DNA of 64,000 bases, taken from the NCBI GenBank assembly GCA_963716475.1, contig OY970314.1, positions 10,479 to 74,478 of the forward strand. The letters are read 5' to 3'. The position numbers and the translations under genes were made by a program. Below, piece by piece: positions 57,461 to 64,000 of the stretch (the stretch's first letter is position 1; each line of letters starts with the position of its first letter). The notes beneath the pieces are model-generated. The model ran no database searches. It was not told the origin of the DNA and worked only from the letters and a program-made list of their open reading frames with translations. This DNA comes from Candidatus Woesebacteria bacterium (lineage in GTDB: Bacteria > Patescibacteriota > Microgenomatia > UBA8517).

Positions 57461-58176
57461 CAGTAGCTTGGAATTGCCGTGTAGGTAATAATGTTGTTGT
57501 AAGCACCTCCCTGTTGAACCCCCGAGACATTGACTTTATAGGTAACGGTTGATTGTCGTCCGCGTCCGACATAAATAGATGACATTACCACCTGCGGACT
57601 TTGGCTAATGGATGCGTCTGCAAAAGGACGGAAGTAGGTCAAACCAGAAAAATCTGCAGGGATGTCATTGCCGGACATATTAAAACCAAAACCATACCTC
57701 GAGGTTGAACTCCAGACTCCGGCGGTGGTATATGTGCAAGCCGAATCACAATTCGTATTGGGAATAGTCGGGGTAGAATTGGGAATCTTCATCGGATGGT
57801 TTTCGGAAGCCTTGACCTGATATCCTCCCGCACCGCCGCTGGCAACAGTGAGGGTATTGGTTGCCGTTACCGGAGTCTGGGGGATCAGGTGGCCAAAATT
57901 AATAGAAATCGAAGAAACGGTGAAAGAGAACGGAATTATTGAATAAATATATTGAAAGCCGGATTTGACAAGGTAGCCGCTTGACGTAGCAAGTCCCTGT
58001 GCCGTTTGTCCGATTGTTGTACCGAGTCTGTATTGGTCTGATGTAGGTATACCTGCGCCTGAGTTCAAATTTGGCATCTGGATGGTATAGTTTGGAGACT
58101 GAATTACGCCCTGGGCGTGAACAGAGCCGATAAGAGGTACGATCAGGCCGATAATGAACTTAAGCATTGCATTCAA
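57460..58176 (-). CDS. Small secreted WxL-like domain protein
   Basis: Signal peptide, INFGHL, LTVASGGAGGYQV, terminal GAYNNIITYTAIPSY; similar to the C-terminal domains of the two larger paralogs. Confidence 0.6.
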   Translation of the reverse strand: MNAMLKFIIGLIVPLIGSVHAQGVIQSPNYTIQMPNLNSGAGIPTSDQYRLGTTIGQTAQGLATSSGYLVKSGFQYIYSIIPFSFTVSSISINFGHLIPQTPVTATNTLTVASGGAGGYQVKASENHPMKIPNSTPTIPNTNCDSACTYTTAGVWSSTSRYGFGFNMSGNDIPADFSGLTYFRPFADASISQSPQVVMSSIYVGRGRQSTVTYKVNVSGVQQGGAYNNIITYTAIPSY

Positions 58177-58853
58177 ATTTTCTTTTCCATAGTACGCCCG
58201 CTTAAGAATAAATCATAAATTTGCCTATACAGGGAGTTAATTCTTTCTTTTTTATCAAGCTCAATCGACGGATCATTACTGAGTTTTTGTAAATATTCCT
58301 GGATTCTTAATAGTCGCCTTCGGAAATCTCCTTCGGTCCAACTTGTTACATCAACTTTATTCATCTGGACTTTCTGGGATAGCCCAGTAATTATTTTTTT
58401 GTCTGTGAGAACTTTCAAATATTGTTTTCCAAAGAGAACGGAGAGTGGGGCAATAGCCAGAAGGGAGCCGATTTGAAGTAAATCAAGCCAAAAATCTCCT
58501 TTAGGCGCCACGATAAACAGTAGTGCGAAAGTGACGGTAATTGCCGTTGCCGTAATAGGTGAGGAAAAAAGTGCAACTCCAAAGAGCAAAAAATAACTCA
58601 AGAAAAAAACCGGAGACGTAAAACCACCGGTTGTAAAAACCAAAAGCGAAATTGTCAAGGAAAAAACCAAAACATCGAGAGTAACCTTCAGGTCTATAGA
58701 TAGTATGTGCTTTCTTATCAAAAATGAGACCCCGACGTAGACGGTCATCATGAGTGCTGCTATCTGCAGACCATAGTTTGATAAAGGACTTACCGAAATC
58801 AGGAAAGCAACTACGACTGTGACGGCGGCGAGAATGGGCGAAACAAATTGCAT
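58173..58853 (-). CDS. Multi-pass membrane hypothetical protein
   Basis: Five to six TM helices, TGGFTSP loop, helical cytoplasmic tail. Confidence 0.7.
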   Translation of the reverse strand: MQFVSPILAAVTVVVAFLISVSPLSNYGLQIAALMMTVYVGVSFLIRKHILSIDLKVTLDVLVFSLTISLLVFTTGGFTSPVFFLSYFLLFGVALFSSPITATAITVTFALLFIVAPKGDFWLDLLQIGSLLAIAPLSVLFGKQYLKVLTDKKIITGLSQKVQMNKVDVTSWTEGDFRRRLLRIQEYLQKLSNDPSIELDKKERINSLYRQIYDLFLSGRTMEKKI

Positions 58854-58909
58854 ATCTTCTAAAAGTATATGACAAGTGTTAAAATTTGCAAAGCTCGGTC
58901 TAGATTTTT

Positions 58910-61117
58910 ATGCAGAAAAAGTACGATCACGCAAGAGTTGAGAAGAAGTGGCAGGAAAAGTGGAAGAAAGAGGGGATTTATGATTCAGGCGATGGAGTGC
59001 TCCATAAAAAGTACATACTTGACATGTTCCCTTACCCGTCGGGGTCAACCATGCATGTAGGGCATCTTGAGGGCTATGTAGGTACGGATATACTGTCCAG
59101 GTACCTTAGGATGAACGGCTTTTCCGTGCTTCATCCGATGGGCTGGGACGCTTTCGGACTCCCCGCCGAAAACTATGCCATTAAAACCGGAATTGATCCC
59201 GATAAGTCAACTCACGATAACATAAATATTTTTAAGCGCCAGCTTGCCATATCCGGACTTTCTTACGATTGGTCCCGCGAAATTGATACCAGCTCTCCCG
59301 AGTTTTACAAATGGACCCAGTGGCTTTTTATCTTAATGTATAAGAAGGGTCTGGCGTATAAGAAGAGGGCTGCTGTTAATTGGTGTCCTAAAGACGAAAC
59401 CGTGCTGGCCAACGAGCAGGTGATAGACGGTAAGTGCGAGAGGTGTGACACACCCGTGGTTCAAAAAGAACTAGATCAATGGTTTCTCAAAATAACAGCT
59501 TATGCCGATAAACTGATATCTGGCTTGGACGGTATTGATTGGCCGGATGAGGTTAAAACCCAGCAGAGAAACTGGATCGGAAAGTCGGAGGGCAGAACCA
59601 TAGAGTTTGAAGTCGTGGGCGGCAATAGGAAAATAAAGGTCTTTACAACCCGGCCCGATACCCTTAATAGTGCGACGTTTTTGGCAGTAGCTTCCGCAGA
59701 AAATAAGGATCTGAAAGAAAAATGGGGTAAATTTGCAGGCGAATATGCGATCAATCCCCTAAATGGCGACAAACTTCCGATTTGGGAAACGAATTATGTT
59801 GATATCGGTTACGGAACGGGTGCGATAATGGGGGTTCCGGCATATGACGAAAGGGATAGAGAATTTGCAAATAAATACCACATTGATATAGTTGAAAAGC
59901 CTTTTACAAAAGAAATTTTAGGAGAGAAAACCACGCATTACCATCTTCGCGATTGGTTGATTTCAAGACAACGCTATTGGGGTTGTCCGATCCCAATGGT
60001 TTATTGTAAAGATTGCGGATGGCAACCAGTTTCTGATGCAGATTTACCTATTATGTTACCTAAAGATGTAGGCTTTTTACCGCACGGTGAAAGCCCCATC
60101 GCCAGGTCAAAAACTTTCCAGCGGGGAGTAAAGTGCCCGAAATGCGGTAAAGATGCGAAGCGCGAAGTAGACACAATGGATACTTATATCGATTCATCTT
60201 GGTACTTTATACGTTTTGTTGACCCGAAAAACAGTAAGGAGTTTGCCTCAGGTGAAAGCATTAAAAAATGGCTTCCGGTCGATGATTATGTTGGCGGCGG
60301 GCACGTTGTCCAACATCTTCTTTTCGCCAGATTTTTCTGGAAGGTGCTTTTTGACTCCGGTCTTATAGAGAAAAGCTTAGGGGATGAACCTTTTTTGAAG
60401 CTCAGGGCACCCGGTTGGATATTGGGGGCCGATTTCAAAAAGATGAGTAAAAGGTGGGGGAATGTGGTTACACCCGATGAGATTATTCCCAAGTTCGGTG
60501 CGGACACCCTGAGGGTCTATGAGATGTTTATGGGACCCTTTGAGGTAATGAAGCCCTGGAGCGTAACCGGTGTGGAAGGAGCGTACAGATTTTTGGGAAA
60601 GGTTTGGAGACTATTTAACGAGAAGCCGAATGAGAAAACGAGTTCGGAGGTTGCTTCAAAACTGCATCAAACTATTAAAAAGGTTACTGGTGATATTGAA
60701 GGATACAAGTTTAACACCGCAATTTCATCCCTTATGGAATTGGTGAACGTGATGAATGAGTATAAAGTACATAATACAGAATATTTGGAGAAGCTGGCTC
60801 TACTTTTGGCTCCTTTTGCACCCCATTTAAGTGAGGAAGTCTGGGTGGAAGTTCTTGGTAAGCCCTTTAGTGTTCACAAGGCTAAATGGCCTAAATATGA
60901 TAGTAGTTTGATAAAGAGTGATATGGTTGAGGTTGTGGTTCAGGTGAACGGAAAAATGAGGGGAACCCTGAATTTGGGGCTAGAGATATCGGACAGGGAG
61001 TCGGAAGTTACCCGGTTGGCAAAAGATGACGAAAAAATAGCAAAATGGTTGGAAGGTGGGGAAATAATCAAAACAATTTTTGTTCCGGGAAAACTTATCA
61101 ATTTTGTTATTTCATAA
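58910..61117 (+). CDS. leuS: Leucine--tRNA ligase
   Basis: MFPYPSG...HVGH, GWDAFGLPAENYAI, DWLISRQRYWG, DTMDTYIDSSWY, KMSKR, VVQVNGK. Confidence 0.97.
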   Translation: MQKKYDHARVEKKWQEKWKKEGIYDSGDGVLHKKYILDMFPYPSGSTMHVGHLEGYVGTDILSRYLRMNGFSVLHPMGWDAFGLPAENYAIKTGIDPDKSTHDNINIFKRQLAISGLSYDWSREIDTSSPEFYKWTQWLFILMYKKGLAYKKRAAVNWCPKDETVLANEQVIDGKCERCDTPVVQKELDQWFLKITAYADKLISGLDGIDWPDEVKTQQRNWIGKSEGRTIEFEVVGGNRKIKVFTTRPDTLNSATFLAVASAENKDLKEKWGKFAGEYAINPLNGDKLPIWETNYVDIGYGTGAIMGVPAYDERDREFANKYHIDIVEKPFTKEILGEKTTHYHLRDWLISRQRYWGCPIPMVYCKDCGWQPVSDADLPIMLPKDVGFLPHGESPIARSKTFQRGVKCPKCGKDAKREVDTMDTYIDSSWYFIRFVDPKNSKEFASGESIKKWLPVDDYVGGGHVVQHLLFARFFWKVLFDSGLIEKSLGDEPFLKLRAPGWILGADFKKMSKRWGNVVTPDEIIPKFGADTLRVYEMFMGPFEVMKPWSVTGVEGAYRFLGKVWRLFNEKPNEKTSSEVASKLHQTIKKVTGDIEGYKFNTAISSLMELVNVMNEYKVHNTEYLEKLALLLAPFAPHLSEEVWVEVLGKPFSVHKAKWPKYDSSLIKSDMVEVVVQVNGKMRGTLNLGLEISDRESEVTRLAKDDEKIAKWLEGGEIIKTIFVPGKLINFVIS

Positions 61118-61126
61118 CACCCTGTC

Positions 61127-61750
61127 ATGCCAAACTGGGAGGAGATATTTTTAAAATATCGTTATCCTTTTTTAATACTTCTAGTGGGACTTGTCTTGAC
61201 CCTTTCCGGCGCCTTTATTGTTAAAAGCGGGCTGATGTCTTCCTCTACAAAAGTAGAGGTCCTAACAGCCACTACATCGGGTCAGATTACAGGAGAAATT
61301 ACCGTAGAGATTGCAGGGGAAGTGTTAGCCCCGGGGGTCTATAAATTGCCGGCGGGGAGTAGAGTTAATGATTTATTAGTTATTTCGGGCGGGTTTACCG
61401 CCGGTGCGGATAGAAGTTGGACGGATAAATATCTTAATAGAGCAGCAAAATTAATTGATGGTCAAAAGGTATTTATTCCGTCTATTAATCAGCAGTCAGA
61501 CGTCTTAAGTGCTAAAAATAGTGGAGGGGATCAAACTGTGTCATCAAATTTTACATCCGATAGTAGTAGTCAAATTAACATAAATACTGCCAGCCTTAGC
61601 CAACTTGACTCGCTGCCGGGAATTGGTCCTGTTTACGGCCAAAGTATCATTGATCACAGACCTTACTCAAACATTGACGAACTCCTATCAAAGGGGGCTT
61701 TGCGTTCTTCGGTCTATCAAAAGATAAAAGATTTAGTAACCGTCTTTTAA
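61127..61750 (+). CDS. comEA: Competence DNA receptor ComEA
   Basis: TM helix, SLBB domain (GEVLAPGVYKL), ININTAS...LDSLPGIGP helix-hairpin-helix. Confidence 0.92.
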   Translation: MPNWEEIFLKYRYPFLILLVGLVLTLSGAFIVKSGLMSSSTKVEVLTATTSGQITGEITVEIAGEVLAPGVYKLPAGSRVNDLLVISGGFTAGADRSWTDKYLNRAAKLIDGQKVFIPSINQQSDVLSAKNSGGDQTVSSNFTSDSSSQININTASLSQLDSLPGIGPVYGQSIIDHRPYSNIDELLSKGALRSSVYQKIKDLVTVF

Positions 61751-61770
61751 TTTTTAATCGCAAATTTATA

Positions 61771-62877
61771 ATGATCGACAAACCCCCAGTTCCGAAATAT
61801 TTTAATGGGGTTTTGTTTAGAAATCTGGCATTATTGATTTTTATAATTTTGTTAATATGTTTTCGTTATTTTACTACCCGCCCGGTTTACAAAAACGGCG
61901 ACACCGTCCGGATTACCGCAACCGTTTTTTCTGACCCGATAAGTTATCCCGGTTCCCGGGGATTAAAAGTTGCGGGAATGACCGTTTATCTGCCGCTTTT
62001 TCCCGAAATAAGTTATGGGGATAGAGTAGTAATCGAAGGAGTTGTGGAAGACGGAAAATTAAAAAATCCAAAACTGATAAGCGTTGCCGAAAGTCAGGGT
62101 TTCGGGTCGGCTATAAGAAATAAAATAATTGCCTTTTATCAGCAGGTTTTACCCCAACCAATGTCGGGACTTATCGCCGGGGTGACTTTGGGAAGCAAAG
62201 GGACCTTAACTGCTGATTTTTGGAATCAGGTAAAACATACCGGAGTGGCTCATGTGGTTGTGGCGTCGGGGACTAATGTGACTTTTGTAGTTTCTTTCCT
62301 AATGGGAATAATAACTTTTTTCCTGCCGCGAAAGAAAGCGGTGGTTTTTGTTATATTGGGTATTATTTTGTATCTGTTTTTGTCTGGGTTTGAGGCCCCA
62401 CTCATTAGGGCTGCGGTTATGGCTACTTTTGCCTTTTGGGCGGTAGAGGCAGGCCGGCTTATTAATGCCTGGCGGATATTATTTCTGACTGCGGGAATGA
62501 TGCTTATCGTCCAACCCGATTGGTTGGGGGATGTGGGCTTTGCGCTATCATTCGTTTCTACAGCCTCTATTATGCTTTTTGAAAAACGGATCTCAAAGTG
62601 GCTGAAGTTCATTCCTGAGGTTTTGAAAGAGGGCTTATCAACCTCGTTTGCAGCTCAAATTGGTGTAGCTCCGATACTGTTTGTTACATTTGGACAGTTT
62701 AATATATGGTCTCCGCTTATAAATGCTTTAGTTCTTTGGACAATTCCATATATTATGATTTTAGGAAGCATTGGGGGAGCACTAGGACTCATATTCCCAT
62801 TTTTAGGCAAAATGATTCTTTGGCTTTCCTATCCGCTAAATTGGTGGTTTGTAGCAATAGTACAGATATTCGGATGA
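61771..62877 (+). CDS. comEC: ComEC competence (membrane channel) domain protein
   Basis: TGVAHVVVASGTNV, PLIRAAVM, DVGFALSF motifs. Confidence 0.9.
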   Translation: MIDKPPVPKYFNGVLFRNLALLIFIILLICFRYFTTRPVYKNGDTVRITATVFSDPISYPGSRGLKVAGMTVYLPLFPEISYGDRVVIEGVVEDGKLKNPKLISVAESQGFGSAIRNKIIAFYQQVLPQPMSGLIAGVTLGSKGTLTADFWNQVKHTGVAHVVVASGTNVTFVVSFLMGIITFFLPRKKAVVFVILGIILYLFLSGFEAPLIRAAVMATFAFWAVEAGRLINAWRILFLTAGMMLIVQPDWLGDVGFALSFVSTASIMLFEKRISKWLKFIPEVLKEGLSTSFAAQIGVAPILFVTFGQFNIWSPLINALVLWTIPYIMILGSIGGALGLIFPFLGKMILWLSYPLNWWFVAIVQIFG

Positions 62878-63752
62878 AACTTTGGAAATATATCTTCGGC
62901 GTTTTGTTATTGACTGTTTTTTTGATAGTGATCGCCATATTTCAAATTCCTGACGATAATCTTCATATCGTCGCCTGTAATGTAGGACTTGGGGATGCCA
63001 TTTTGATCACTTACGGAAAAACACAGATTTTAACGGATGGGGGACCGGACAAAAGTGTTTTAGGTTGTCTTGGAAAGTATATGCCCTTTTGGGATAGGGA
63101 CATAGAACTCGTCGTTTCTACACATCCGGACGCGGACCATTCAACGGGACTGGTCGATGTTATTAAGAATTACAAAGTTGACGAAATAATGATTAATCCG
63201 ATAGATCCTGGCACTTCTGTCTATGAAGTGCTAAAAAAAGAGGTGGGGGGTCGGGGTGTACCCGTGATAAATCCGGTAGAAGGCACAAGACTTAGCGTGG
63301 GTCTGATATATTTAGATATACTTGAGCCCTCGGAAGAATTATATAGCAGGTTAATGGTCAAAGACGTTAGCAGTAAACTGGCAAAGTATGATATTAAAAG
63401 CGAGACAAATCTATATTCAATAGTGTATAAACTTAGCTTCAAAAACTTTTCCGGATTATTCACCGGAGATATCCCCCCCGAAATATCAGACGGCCTATCG
63501 GCTCTGAGCGAAGTCGAAGGGTTGGACTATATCAAAATACCTCACCATGGAAGTGTCAACGGTTTAACCGAAAATCTCCTCAAGGCACTTATGCCTAAAA
63601 TTGCGGTAATCAGTGTCGGTAAAAATATCTGGAGTTTTCCCCGTCCCGAAATTTTAGACATGTTGGCAAAGTATGGAGTTAAAATTTTACGGACGGATAA
63701 GGTGGGGGATGTCCAAGTAATAACCGACGGAACAAAGTATTGGATAAAGTAA
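62874..63752 (+). CDS. ComEC-type metallo-beta-lactamase domain protein, separately encoded
   Basis: ATGA overlap with the comEC stop, own TM helix, THPDADH, TGD, PHHGS, ISVGKN, RTD. Confidence 0.88.
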   Translation: MKLWKYIFGVLLLTVFLIVIAIFQIPDDNLHIVACNVGLGDAILITYGKTQILTDGGPDKSVLGCLGKYMPFWDRDIELVVSTHPDADHSTGLVDVIKNYKVDEIMINPIDPGTSVYEVLKKEVGGRGVPVINPVEGTRLSVGLIYLDILEPSEELYSRLMVKDVSSKLAKYDIKSETNLYSIVYKLSFKNFSGLFTGDIPPEISDGLSALSEVEGLDYIKIPHHGSVNGLTENLLKALMPKIAVISVGKNIWSFPRPEILDMLAKYGVKILRTDKVGDVQVITDGTKYWIK

Positions 63753-63757
63753 AAAGA

Positions 63758-63994
63758 TTAATGTATTCCCATACGGATAAGTGTTTCCTGTCTCCGCTGA
63801 CTGTTTACCCCTGCCGCCGGGCCCATGAATTGGTAGTCACTGTTGCACTTATCGGATTTACCTCGTGAGCGCATGTTTTTATTCTGAATTACTCTGGCCT
63901 CTTCACCTGCTTTCACCAGGTCTTCATGGAAATTGGGACTGCCGTAGATGAGTATTCGATTCCAAGGTTGGTCGGGTTTAGTTTCTGCTGTCAT
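63758..63994 (-). CDS. Hypothetical protein, possibly truncated by the window edge
   Basis: 78-aa ORF convergent on the MBL gene; no recognisable motif. Confidence 0.4.
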   Translation of the reverse strand: MTAETKPDQPWNRILIYGSPNFHEDLVKAGEEARVIQNKNMRSRGKSDKCNSDYQFMGPAAGVNSQRRQETLIRMGIH

Positions 63995-64000
63995 TCAACA

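Overview
This window looks like part of a Patescibacteria (CPR) chromosome, probably Microgenomates. That assignment is inferred from gene content, divergent rRNA and protein motifs. TGA is used as a stop codon (code 11). Left part: complete 23S and 5S rRNA, rpsA, radA, a 550-bp intergenic region with convergent promoters and stacked hairpins (candidate sense/antisense ncRNA pair), a sortase with a tiny candidate substrate, a collagen-like protein, an AftD-like GT-C protein, an adjacent dockerin enzyme and cohesin-like anchor, rho, a TMTC-like GT, LysM-M23 and C39-like peptidases, and tRNA-Ala(CGC) with a duplicated 3' end. Centre: a tightly packed minus-strand operon of about 26.7 kb (50431 to 23741). 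It starts with a non-catalytic tyrosine-recombinase core-binding (SAM-like) protein. Its last half-domain appears to be completed by the cytoplasmic N-terminus of a membrane-anchored, modular, tail-fibre-like protein of about 5,660 aa, which is split here by a one-base insertion. Three accessory surface proteins follow. Right part: a WxL/WxLIP-like surface cluster, leuS with a compact editing domain, comEA and a split comEC. No CRISPR array, transposase, catalytic integrase or reverse transcriptase was seen. All family calls come from motif recognition by eye; no searches were run.
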